NCBI RefSeq assembly: GCF_003991155.1
Contig: NZ_CP031293.1
Reading direction: 5' to 3' (one strand)
DNA: 64,000 nt
DNA from: Escherichia coli
GTDB taxonomy: Bacteria; Pseudomonadota; Gammaproteobacteria; Enterobacterales; Enterobacteriaceae
This document shows, one piece after another, positions 50,283 to 61,207 of this stretch (position 1 is the stretch's first letter; the number at the start of each line of letters is the position of its first letter). The translations under genes were made by a program, and so were the position numbers. The notes beneath the pieces are model-generated. The model searched no databases. It was not told where the DNA came from and saw nothing but the letters and a program-made list of their open reading frames with translations.

Positions 50283-50525
50283 TCATTCCTTTAGATCTTC
50301 TGGCGAAACCCGGTCACATGCCATTTTCTCAAGCATTCTTTGTAATCTTTTCATTTTCAACTTACGCGCTTTTTTCTCACCAATCTCCTGATAGTATTCT
50401 TCACGACGTTCGTTGACCACGCTCCTGAAATTTTTCAAAAGCTGTTCAAGTGTTTTGATGTCAGTAGTTGCGGCTTCCGCTTGGATTTTTTTATACATAT
50501 ACATCACATGAAATTCATCGATCAT
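50283..50525 (-). CDS. Truncated H-NS-like protein (H-NST-like, 80 aa; dimerisation domain only)
   Basis: TLEQLLKNFRSVVNERREEYYQEIGEKKARKL resembles the H-NS N-terminal oligomerisation helix and lacks any DNA-binding domain. Confidence 0.65.
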   Translation of the reverse strand: MIDEFHVMYMYKKIQAEAATTDIKTLEQLLKNFRSVVNERREEYYQEIGEKKARKLKMKRLQRMLEKMACDRVSPEDLKE

Positions 50526-50598
50526 TTTTTAGCTCCTTGAATAGACAAATAATATTTGTTATCAGCCCCAAGAAGGGGCCGATAGACACCAGAACATA

Positions 50599-50955
50599 TC
50601 AACATATTGATTCCGCCAGAACCGTATAATGCATTTTGGCTAATGCCTGCTTAACCCCCTTAAAATCCACCTCAGATAGTTTTTCAGCCGCGTTCTTTTT
50701 CCATGCTTTTTTCAGAAGATGTTTCTCCGCATTTCTCATCGCCAGATCGATTAGCCTACAGACAAACTCATGATCCATTACATGCGTTATAATCATATTA
50801 CTGGTCGTTTTATCCTTTGAGTTAAAAAGCTCCGCGTAGATATGCAAGGACACAACATAAAAGATTTCAGTATTTTTATTTTTAAATGTATTCATTGGCT
50901 TTTCCTTTTGGTTAATATTAAAAATGAAATGCTGTAGCATTAGCGGTATACACAC
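50599..50955 (-). CDS. Hypothetical protein
   Basis: ORF, start uncertain (possible Met21). Confidence 0.4.
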   Translation of the reverse strand: MCIPLMLQHFIFNINQKEKPMNTFKNKNTEIFYVVSLHIYAELFNSKDKTTSNMIITHVMDHEFVCRLIDLAMRNAEKHLLKKAWKKNAAEKLSEVDFKGVKQALAKMHYTVLAESIC

Positions 50956-51242
50956 TTATAGACAATCCAAAGCTGACGAAGGTGTTGTTTTACCTTACTG
51001 TGGCTTACTTCTCCATAAATCCGATTCCTTTGGTCTTCTTCTGTGTCATCATAAAAATGATATCTCGTTTTTTTAATGATACTTTCCATAATGTCATTCA
51101 TATTGTATTTATTGTTGAGAAAATAATAAAAATCATCTGGTGCATTCCTCTGCAATTCGTCCATATAGTTCCTAAAATAACATTCGGCTTGTTCAATAAA
51201 CTGTTTTGTCGTAATAAGTTCTATCTTCATATTCTTCTCCAT
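50940..51242 (-). CDS. Hypothetical protein (100 aa)
   Basis: ORF co-oriented with alpA-like gene. Confidence 0.4.
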   Translation of the reverse strand: MEKNMKIELITTKQFIEQAECYFRNYMDELQRNAPDDFYYFLNNKYNMNDIMESIIKKTRYHFYDDTEEDQRNRIYGEVSHSKVKQHLRQLWIVYKCVYR

Positions 51243-51311
51243 TATTATTTAGGATAATAAAATGCCCTGTGCGAACAGTTATCTGTTCGACACGAGATCT
51301 TGTTTCTGTTT

Positions 51312-51530
51312 TTATGCAGCGTTCTGGCGTGAGTTTCGAATAGTCGTTTCAATCCATTCATCAATCTCACTTTCAACAAAAGCAACACACCTCGGACCTA
51401 TTTTTACTCTGTCAGGAAAGTTTCCTTCCTTAATACGCTCATATAAAGTCGTGCGACTGAATCCCACTCGATTTAAAACATCAGGAACGCGGATAAATCG
51501 TTTTACGCTGGTTTCAATATTTTCTTTCAT
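51312..51530 (-). CDS. alpA: AlpA-family phage/island transcriptional regulator (excisionase-like HTH), about 72 aa
   Basis: KRFIRVPDVLNRVGFSRTTLYERIKEGNFPDRVKIGPRCVAFVESEIDEWI matches the AlpA/MerR-like HTH pattern; start trimmed to MKENIET. Confidence 0.75.
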   Translation of the reverse strand: MKENIETSVKRFIRVPDVLNRVGFSRTTLYERIKEGNFPDRVKIGPRCVAFVESEIDEWIETTIRNSRQNAA

Positions 51531-51745
51531 TGTCTGTCCTCTATTATTGTAAGTAATCTCTATGAGATTTCGCTTTTCTCTATGTTGTTTCGACGTGAAC
51601 AATGATAGCGATTTTGCTTATGGTAATTTAGGGACGTTCAAAGAAGTTTTTTTTGAAAAATTCGAAGGGGCACGGATGGAAAGATAACGGTTAACACTGG
51701 ATGAGATCACGTTCGCTCGGAGCGAACGTAACCCTTTTACTTGGC

Positions 51746-52639
51746 TTATTTTTTCTTATTCCTGTCGTCTTCTACATGCTTTTCAACAGGGGAGTCTTTC
51801 AAGTGGTTGTTTTCCATCATGTAATCTTCAAGCGATTTCAGATAGCTCGCATCCGTCAGAAAAGCCATTGCTAACGGGTAGTCCGTTGCCTTTAGCATTC
51901 CTTCATCACGATCGTTGTCGCTGTCCTCGTGAAGCAGCGAAGAAATCAGTGAAAGCGGGATTTTAATGCCGTTATCTTCTCCCCAGAAGATCAGGTCCAT
52001 CATCGGGATAAGACGATATTCAATGATTTTTCTGAATGTGCTTTTGCCGAAACGATACTCTCTTGGCGCTGGAGACTTCATCTTAAGCTGTCTCTTCCAT
52101 TGAGGGATCAGCACTTTCAGATGTTCAATGATTTCTTCAGTTGATGCCTCTTCCAGATGAATATCGACAGTAATGCGTGAAAGATTATTAAGGGATGTTT
52201 CTTTTAGATACTCGGACAGAAATTCGGATTCGCTTAACGCGGAAAGCTCAGGCGTGGCTTCGGTTAATGCCAGCGTTTTCGCATAAAATTGCGCGTGGCT
52301 TCGTGTCGTAGGATTTACCGCGTAGGTTCTGGCAAGCTCATGTCCAAGGGTAGCGGTATCACCACTGAAAAAGATTTCACCGCTGAGGATCTTGTTGCGG
52401 TAATCATCCAGCATTAATCGGTTAAAGGTAGGTATGGTGTTCCGGCTCAACAACATTCTGTAAGCCAAGATACGCCGCTCAACCTCAACATAAAACTGCT
52501 GTAAGGTGAGTTTCTCTATCGCCTCATATCGTTCCACATCAAACCATGCTTCCAGTGCTTTCCTGATTTCACTTCTTTTCATCCATCCTCCAACAATCCA
52601 TTTCCTTTGATATATCTTCACAGGATCCGTTTGGAACAA
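51746..52639 (-). CDS. Hypothetical protein (297 aa) adjacent to serU
   Basis: ORF with RBS; no family recognised. Confidence 0.5.
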   Translation of the reverse strand: MFQTDPVKIYQRKWIVGGWMKRSEIRKALEAWFDVERYEAIEKLTLQQFYVEVERRILAYRMLLSRNTIPTFNRLMLDDYRNKILSGEIFFSGDTATLGHELARTYAVNPTTRSHAQFYAKTLALTEATPELSALSESEFLSEYLKETSLNNLSRITVDIHLEEASTEEIIEHLKVLIPQWKRQLKMKSPAPREYRFGKSTFRKIIEYRLIPMMDLIFWGEDNGIKIPLSLISSLLHEDSDNDRDEGMLKATDYPLAMAFLTDASYLKSLEDYMMENNHLKDSPVEKHVEDDRNKKK

Positions 52640-52860
52640 TTGAAGTTCAACTGTTTTGTCATCAGAGACGGGGGAATGGCTAAGTTGTTGTTAAGAGTGT
52701 GAACTCGAGAGCATAAAAGTGGATGCCCGACGCGCGGCAAAATGGTAAAAAACAGCATCAGTAGTAAGAAAAATTGAGCGAGAGAAAGGAATTTTAATGC
52801 AGGGATTTATGCATGACAAAATCAAAAATACTTTGTAAGTGATTGATTTTGTTGAATGAT

Positions 52861-52950
52861 TGGCGGAGAGAGGGGGATTTGAACCCCCGGTAGAGTTGCC
52901 CCTACTCCGGTTTTCGAGACCGGTCCGTTCAGCCGCTCCGGCATCTCTCC
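52861..52950 (-). tRNA. serU: tRNA-Ser (anticodon CGA)
   Basis: Reverse complement GGAGAGATGCCGGAGCGGCTGAACGGACCGGTCTCGAAAACCGG...GGTTCAAATCCCCCTCTCTCCGCCA has long variable arm and CGA anticodon. Confidence 0.92.
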
Positions 52951-53043
52951 GTTCAGATGGTTGCCATGATGCCAGGAAATTTGGCATTTTAACAGTCCCT
53001 GTCCGTGCAATTTTGTTCAAGTGACGAGTTTGCGAGCAAAACG

Positions 53044-53841
53044 ATGATTAAGTGGCCCTGGAAAGTACAAGAATCAGCACATCAAACTGCCCTTCCCTGG
53101 CAGGAAGCACTATCGATCCCCCTTTTAACGTGTCTGACGGAACAGGAACAAAGCAAATTAGTCACTCTTGCCGAACGTTTTTTACAGCAAAAGCGGCTTG
53201 TTCCTTTACAGGGCTTTGAACTGGATTCATTAAGAAGCTGCCGGATAGCACTTCTATTTTGCCTACCCGTTCTGGAGTTAGGACTGGAATGGCTGGATGG
53301 TTTTCATGAAGTCTTAATTTATCCTGCGCCATTTGTGGTCGATGATGAATGGGAAGACGATATCGGTCTGGTGCATAACCAACGTATTGTTCAGTCAGGT
53401 CAGAGCTGGCAGCAAGGGCCTATCGTTTTGAACTGGTTGGATATACAAGATTCTTTTGATGCTTCTGGTTTTAACCTGATTATTCATGAAGTCGCTCATA
53501 AGCTGGACACCCGTAACGGCGATCGCGCCAGCGGAGTTCCCTTTATTCCGTTGCGTGAGGTTGCTGGCTGGGAACACGATCTTCATGCTGCAATGAACAA
53601 CATTCAGGAAGAAATCGAATTGGTTGGCGAGAATGCGGCGAGCATCGATGCTTATGCTGCCAGTGATCCTGCTGAATGTTTTGCCGTACTTTCTGAATAT
53701 TTCTTTAGCGCCCCAGAACTTTTTGCTCCTCGTTTCCCTTCATTGTGGCAACGTTTCTGCCAATTTTATCAACAAGATCCTTTGCAGAGACTGCATCACG
53801 CTAATGATACAGACTCGTTTTCGGCGACGAATGTTCATTAA
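53044..53841 (+). CDS. mtfA: Mlc titration factor / zinc-dependent peptidase MtfA (265 aa)
   Basis: ORF trimmed to MIKWPWKVQ start; HEXXH motif IHEVAHKLD. Confidence 0.92.
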   Translation: MIKWPWKVQESAHQTALPWQEALSIPLLTCLTEQEQSKLVTLAERFLQQKRLVPLQGFELDSLRSCRIALLFCLPVLELGLEWLDGFHEVLIYPAPFVVDDEWEDDIGLVHNQRIVQSGQSWQQGPIVLNWLDIQDSFDASGFNLIIHEVAHKLDTRNGDRASGVPFIPLREVAGWEHDLHAAMNNIQEEIELVGENAASIDAYAASDPAECFAVLSEYFFSAPELFAPRFPSLWQRFCQFYQQDPLQRLHHANDTDSFSATNVH

Positions 53842-53941
53842 TTAACAACTTTGCAGATTAATTAACCAATTGAAATGACTTATGAAATTTATTGTTGACA
53901 GACAAGGTACCGCTAAGTAATATGCGCCCCGTTCACACGAT

Positions 53942-54017
53942 TCCTCTGTAGTTCAGTCGGTAGAACGGCGGACTGTTAATCCGTATGTCACTGGTTCGAG
54001 TCCAGTCAGAGGAGCCA
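53942..54017 (+). tRNA. asnT: tRNA-Asn (anticodon GTT)
   Basis: TCCTCTGTAGTTCAGTCGGTAGAACGGCGGACTGTTAATCCGTATGTCACTGGTTCGAGTCCAGTCAGAGGAGCCA, 76 nt. Confidence 0.93.
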
Positions 54018-54183
54018 AATTTTAGTCTTGAGACATCTCTATAAGTCTCAGGATAGTTAAAAAACAAGAACTTATCTTTACCCGGTTGTCTCGCAAGAGG
54101 CTGCTGGGTTTCTTGACATCCATAGTTTTTAGGGGCCTAATCAGGGGCCTCACGGTTCGGTGAGCAAACGGAGCCCCCACGCT

Positions 54184-55446
54184 ATGGCATTAACAGACAC
54201 CGCTATTCGCAAGACTAAACCCTCTGACAAACCCTTCAAAATGACGGACAGTTCTGGACTGTACCTGTTGATCAAACCTAACGGCTCAAAACTCTGGTAT
54301 ATGAAGTACCGCATCGACGGCAAAGAGAAGAAACTGGCCTTTGGCCCCTACCCGGAGATCTCCCTGTTGCAGGCTCGCCGCCTGCGCGAAACAGCACGCA
54401 ATAACATTCATGCAGGCGTCGATCCGGCTGCGGTGAAGCAAACCGAGAAACAGAAGAGGAAAAACGGGCAGACGTTCAGCCAGATCGCCATCAACTGGCA
54501 TAGCGAGCATAAACGCTGGTCTGAGCATTACGCGAAAACGGTTATGCGCAGGCTGGAAATGTACGTTTTCCCGGATATCGGGGATCGCCTTATCGAGGAG
54601 ATCGAAACGGAGGATTTGTTATTCACGTTGCGCAAGGTAGAGAGTAAAGGCTTTCTGGAAATCACCGCGCGGCTGAAAAACTACGTCACCGATATCATGC
54701 ACTACGCGATGAAAAAGAAACTGCTCAAAGCGAACCCGGCGCTGTATCTGGACGGTGAGTTTGCCGCGCCAGAAACCAGTCACTACCCGGCCCTGTCGCT
54801 GGATAAGTTGCCTGAGCTTTTATCCCGGACAGAGAATTACTGCGGCAGGCTGCTGACGAAATACGCCCTCAAACTTTCGCTGCTGTTTTTCGTGCGCTCC
54901 AGCGAGCTACGTTTTGCCCGCTGGAGTGAAATCGACTGGCAGCAAAAACTGTGGGTGATCCCGGAAGAACGCGAGCAGATCGAAAACGTGCGCTTCTCTT
55001 ACCGGGGGGCGAAAATGAAAATCCAGCACATTGTGCCGCTGTCGGATCAGGCGATTGCGATACTGAAGCAGATCGAGGCCCTCTCCGGGCATCTGGCCTT
55101 TATTTTTCCCGGCGAATACGACCAGAACAAGTGCATGAGCGACAACACCGTCAACAAGGCGCTGCGCGTGATGGGTTACGACACCAAAAAGGATATCTGC
55201 GGGCATGGCTTCCGGGCAATGGCCTGTAGTGCGCTGAGCGAATCGGGATTATGGAGCAAAGAAGCCATTGAAAAGCAGATGAGCCACCAGGAAAGAAACA
55301 GCGTCCGTGCTGCCTATATTCACAAGGCTGAATATCTGGAGGAACGGATCGAGATGATGCAGTGGTGGTCAGATTATCTTGATGCAAACAGTGACGGGTA
55401 TGTCTCGGCTTACCAGTATGCCCGCCGCCTAAAACAGGCGTCGTAA
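54184..55446 (+). CDS. P4-like tyrosine integrase of asnT-associated island
   Basis: MALTDTAIRKTKPSDKPFKMTDSSGLYLLIKPNGSKLWYMKYR N-terminus typical of P4-family integrases; directly downstream of the tRNA 3' end. Confidence 0.9.
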   Translation: MALTDTAIRKTKPSDKPFKMTDSSGLYLLIKPNGSKLWYMKYRIDGKEKKLAFGPYPEISLLQARRLRETARNNIHAGVDPAAVKQTEKQKRKNGQTFSQIAINWHSEHKRWSEHYAKTVMRRLEMYVFPDIGDRLIEEIETEDLLFTLRKVESKGFLEITARLKNYVTDIMHYAMKKKLLKANPALYLDGEFAAPETSHYPALSLDKLPELLSRTENYCGRLLTKYALKLSLLFFVRSSELRFARWSEIDWQQKLWVIPEEREQIENVRFSYRGAKMKIQHIVPLSDQAIAILKQIEALSGHLAFIFPGEYDQNKCMSDNTVNKALRVMGYDTKKDICGHGFRAMACSALSESGLWSKEAIEKQMSHQERNSVRAAYIHKAEYLEERIEMMQWWSDYLDANSDGYVSAYQYARRLKQAS

Positions 55447-55569
55447 GTTAACAAAGCATCAGAGGGGGAAAAGGTATATTCCCCCTTTGTGCGTTTCAAA
55501 TGTCGATGCTGACTGTAGCTTTTAAACTAAATTACTGGATAAAAAGTAGCTTTTAAGCTACTATCTTTT

Positions 55570-55743
55570 ATGAAAACGATAAAGACCTACATAACTGCCG
55601 ACGGGCGAGATCTGTATGCAGAGTTTTTTAAAGGGTTACGCAACCCCATCGCGAAGGCAACGATCGCTTCCCGGATCAACCGGATGGCTTCGGACAATTT
55701 TGGCGACCATAAGCCCTGCCGGGAAGGTGTCTGGGAACTGTAG
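55570..55743 (+). pseudogene. Addiction-module killer-type toxin gene (RelE/ParE superfamily), 3'-truncated by IS insertion
   Basis: MKTIKTYITADGRDLYAEFFKGLRNPIAKATIASRINRMASDNFGDHKPCREGVWEL then stop inside the IS left end. Confidence 0.6.
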
Positions 55744-55746
55744 TGG

Positions 55747-57709
<1,963 letters not shown>

Positions 57710-57988
57710 ATCTCGTTCTCCTTCATAACATTCCAGATTCCAGAGGTACTTCGTGCTGCTATAACGTACCCGACAACCGGAACACCGGGACAGACAATGG
57801 ATGCGGTATTCGGTTATAAAACGGTATATATTTAAATAGTGAACACCATGAGCGTAATATATTTATTTGATGAATGTATTGATGAAAGGAAAATTGCTTT
57901 TTAGCTATTATCGGCGGGTGTATAATTTAGTCCGTTTTTTTCAAATAAATAATCGCAAATAGCATCTGATGCCACTGAGGACGCAGGT

Positions 57989-58780
57989 ATGAATTTCAGA
58001 CCAGCAGTATATTTATGTGCAGCAACATTTTTACTGGCTGGCTGTGCGCCACGCTCCCCCATTGATGCGAAGAAAACGGGCGCATCCGCCAAAGAGAGCA
58101 GCATCAGCAAAAACACAACGGCACAACTGACCGATAAAGATATTTTTGGCAATGAAACCACGCTGGCAGTTTCTGAGGAAGATATTCAGGCAGCACTGGA
58201 AGGCGAAGCGTTCCGCGTGCCGCTGAATTCACCCGTGATTCTGGTTCAATCCGGTAGCCGCGCACCGGAGGCCATGATGCAGCAGGAAATGAGTAAATAT
58301 TATACCGTTGCCACATTCTCCGGTATCCCGGACAGACAAAAACCTGTGACCTGTAACAAAGACAAAAACAAAGATAAAAGCGAGAACCAGGATGTTGCTG
58401 TTGTTGAGAATATGAACTGGATGCAGGCACTGCGTTTTGTGGCTGCAAAAGGACATCAGAAATCGATTATTGTTTACCAGGATACGTTGCAGACAGGAAA
58501 ATATGACTCTGCGCTGAAATCAACAGTGTGGTCAGATTATAAAAATCAAAAACTAACTGACACAATGTCATTACGTTTTTTGGTTCGCTTCACTCTGGTG
58601 GATGTGGCAACTGGCGAGTGGGCTACCTGGTCACCTGTAAATTATGAGTCCAGAGTTATCTTCCCTCAGACTGAAAAAAAGGGTGCAATCACTACCGATG
58701 TGACAGAGCAACAAATCACCCAGCTTAAGCAGAAAACATACGCAGCAATGACCAGGGATCTGGTGAACCGCTATCAGTAA
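57989..58780 (+). CDS. Lipoprotein (263 aa)
   Basis: Signal/lipobox FLLAGCAP; Lys/Asp-rich central region. Confidence 0.6.
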   Translation: MNFRPAVYLCAATFLLAGCAPRSPIDAKKTGASAKESSISKNTTAQLTDKDIFGNETTLAVSEEDIQAALEGEAFRVPLNSPVILVQSGSRAPEAMMQQEMSKYYTVATFSGIPDRQKPVTCNKDKNKDKSENQDVAVVENMNWMQALRFVAAKGHQKSIIVYQDTLQTGKYDSALKSTVWSDYKNQKLTDTMSLRFLVRFTLVDVATGEWATWSPVNYESRVIFPQTEKKGAITTDVTEQQITQLKQKTYAAMTRDLVNRYQ

Positions 58781-58988
58781 GCAACATCCCCCTTACCTGC
58801 CGCTAATAAATAGTGGCGGCAGGCACTGGCACGAAAAACTCCCTGATGCTGACGATTATTAAACATCTTTCTGGTATTTTCTGTTGCAAACCATCCCATT
58901 CATAGCATATCAGTATCCATCATTTTAAATTTACAGTGATTGTATGCCTCAAAGCTAATCGCTTCCGATGATGGTGCCCGCAATAAAT

Positions 58989-59288
58989 TTAATCGGAATC
59001 GTCTTCTGTATCCTCCTCATATGAATCCCTGACGGTCCCCAGTTTTGTATTGCCATTGGCAGGCGTCCCATCTCCCATCAGAACGTCGATGTCATAGCCA
59101 GGATATTGTTTCTTTATATTGCGTTTGAACTCTGAGACCGTCGAATCATTTTTGGACATTTTCACCCGCTGATATTGTGGCATATCTTTTTTATCACCCC
59201 GGACGTCCTTACCATCGGGTGTTTTGAAGCGAACATCAAATCCCTGTACATCCCAGATTTTCTTTTCAACATTTTTTACTAATGGCAT
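58989..59288 (-). CDS. Hypothetical small protein (99 aa) downstream of hcp
   Basis: ORF with acidic C-terminal tail. Confidence 0.45.
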   Translation of the reverse strand: MPLVKNVEKKIWDVQGFDVRFKTPDGKDVRGDKKDMPQYQRVKMSKNDSTVSEFKRNIKKQYPGYDIDVLMGDGTPANGNTKLGTVRDSYEEDTEDDSD

Positions 59289-59340
59289 TTTTATTCTCTC
59301 TTCAGAAAATTACACTAAATCAAAAAAAGTATCGCTATTC

Positions 59341-59820
59341 TTAATAGAGTCTCTCTTCCCATAAGCTATATGCACTGGTTCCTGCAACACAGTGCTCCTG
59401 AGTAATACTTTCATAGGTGAATGATATGGCCTCTTCTGGTTGTCCCTGGCTATTGTTGACAGTGTGCGGCACAATATGCTTTATGCTGGCAATGCGGGCG
59501 TTAATCAGCTTCACTTTGAAATACAGCTCGTTAATACCAAAACGGTTGGTGCGGTAATACTCAAAATCACAGGTCAGACACTCATTTTCGCTGATAGCCT
59601 TACTCAACAAAGGGGAAGATTTATCCACGGGTTTCTGAATAATGAGCGCTTGATGATTCACGTTTTGTGCACGGGTTAATCCGTGGCTGAGTCCCAGCAC
59701 CATGATCTGATCCATATGCGCAATCTGCGCTTTGTTCCCAATAGATGCCAGTGATGAACAGCCTGCGGAGATCAGCCCCTGGAGATCGCCGTTCAGTGTC
59801 AGGTAAACAGGATTTGCCAT
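59341..59820 (-). CDS. hcp: Type VI secretion system tube protein Hcp (159 aa)
   Basis: MANPVYLTLNGDLQG...KPVDKSSPLL...ISFTYESITQEH pattern characteristic of the Hcp family. Confidence 0.8.
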   Translation of the reverse strand: MANPVYLTLNGDLQGLISAGCSSLASIGNKAQIAHMDQIMVLGLSHGLTRAQNVNHQALIIQKPVDKSSPLLSKAISENECLTCDFEYYRTNRFGINELYFKVKLINARIASIKHIVPHTVNNSQGQPEEAISFTYESITQEHCVAGTSAYSLWEERLY

Positions 59821-59841
59821 ATTAAGCTCCTTGGTCCGGGG

Positions 59842-61197
59842 TTATTTCCCGACCCCTTTATCAATAATTGCCGTTTCCGGTAGAGAGTGATTTTTCAGCA
59901 ACAACCAGCGACTTAACACGCCGTCCAGCCGCTCGTTAATCTGTTTTTCCAGTACGTCGGTATTCTGCCCCTGCGCACGGGCGTCCTGGTACTGCGTCAG
60001 CAGCGACTCAACGGGTGTTTCCTGCCCCAGCCCCCGCTCCGCCTGCCAGATAACATTTTTGATGTAGGAAAGGGTTACCCCCTCTTTCTCACGTTTCATC
60101 ACGAGGTCTGCAAAGGCATGTAAGTCCTGGCGGGCCTGTAACCAGCCGCGTAACTGTGGACTACTCTGCGCACGAGTTTTCAGCGTCTCATTCCACTGTG
60201 CGGTGGCCTGCTGCTGTTGCAGACTCTCCGGCCAGCGGCTGTCGGCGGTACGCGCCATCTGTAAGCCCGTATTCAGCGGCTGAACAGGTGAAGCATCAAG
60301 GAGTTGCTGTAGCCTGCGCTCATAGTTTTCCAGCTCAGGCGACACAAGCCAGACTGTCGCAGCGCCCTGCGCGGTATCGCTGACCTGGGTGAGTTGTTGC
60401 TGCATGGGAGAGACCAGCCACCACCAGAGAGCGGCGGCAACAGCCCCGGAGCAGAGAACACCCGCGATAAAACCTTTCACCGCACTGCCCTGCTTTGCCA
60501 CACTGGTCGGTGGCGTACTGTCAGCCAGGCTGCGCACCTCCACCTTCATCTCCGGCAGTTCAGGCAGCGGCGGCATCACCGTTTCGGTTGCTGGCGTAAT
60601 ACCGTTTTCCGGGGCATAAATCAGCGTTCTGACCGTGGTCTGTGCGGTGTGTTCAACGCTGCTTTTCGGCTGCGGCTCAAGTCGTTTACGCGTGTTCTGA
60701 ACAAAATAAAGCAGGTTTTCCACGCGCGGCTGGCGCTTCAGTTCCACCTGCTGGAGCTTGTCACAGATAAGCTGTAGTGCCCGTTCCGTGCGATATAACA
60801 GAGGCAGGTCAGCCTCCACAAAGGATATCTGCTGGCGCAGGATATTCCCGGTGCGGGTGTTGAACCAGTCCAGCATCTCGGTCCGCGCCGGGCCGCCCTG
60901 CGGCCAGAAGTTATCCCACTCGTGAGTGACCATCGCCGCCAGCAATTCCGCCCCTTCGCAGAATCCCGCCAGCCCCTGTGTCCGGGTCCGGGCCAGCGTG
61001 TAGTAGGTGGCGGTATGCAAATCCACCCCGTTGGCCTTAAATATCGCCAGCGCCAGCGACTCCACCAGTTTCCAGTTCAGCTCCGGCTGCGACGGGTGGC
61101 TGGCCTTGTTGATTTCCTCGCGGATGGCGCTGAACTCTGGCAGGCCACGCGGGTCACTGCCGGTAACGATAGTTTGTGTCAGTACGTTATTGCTCAT
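59842..61197 (-). CDS. Type VI secretion TssA/VasL-family protein (ImpA N-terminal domain with internal TM segment)
   Basis: N-terminal ImpA-like region (DPRGLPEFSAIREEINK...NWKLV...LLAAMVTHEWDNFWPQ), hydrophobic segment FIAGVLCSGAVAAALWWWLV; start set at MSNNVLTQ with GAGGAG RBS just after tssM stop. Confidence 0.7.
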   Translation of the reverse strand: MSNNVLTQTIVTGSDPRGLPEFSAIREEINKASHPSQPELNWKLVESLALAIFKANGVDLHTATYYTLARTRTQGLAGFCEGAELLAAMVTHEWDNFWPQGGPARTEMLDWFNTRTGNILRQQISFVEADLPLLYRTERALQLICDKLQQVELKRQPRVENLLYFVQNTRKRLEPQPKSSVEHTAQTTVRTLIYAPENGITPATETVMPPLPELPEMKVEVRSLADSTPPTSVAKQGSAVKGFIAGVLCSGAVAAALWWWLVSPMQQQLTQVSDTAQGAATVWLVSPELENYERRLQQLLDASPVQPLNTGLQMARTADSRWPESLQQQQATAQWNETLKTRAQSSPQLRGWLQARQDLHAFADLVMKREKEGVTLSYIKNVIWQAERGLGQETPVESLLTQYQDARAQGQNTDVLEKQINERLDGVLSRWLLLKNHSLPETAIIDKGVGK

Positions 61198-61207
61198 CCC
61201 TGTCTCC

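Larger units (their letters stand above)
30925..52950. mobile_element. ~22 kb genomic island integrated at tRNA-Ser serU (integrase, mobA, pilin remnants, Thoeris, H-NS paralogs)
   Basis: Bounded by the 14-bp tRNA 3'-end direct repeat and the intact tRNA; integrase adjacent to the distal repeat; AT-rich mosaic gene content. Confidence 0.8.

Noticed and set aside
51746-52639. Considered whether the 297-aa tRNA-proximal protein is a degenerate integrase
   Set aside because: No recognisable tyrosine-recombinase catalytic residues (R..HxxR..Y pattern) seen by eye; left as hypothetical
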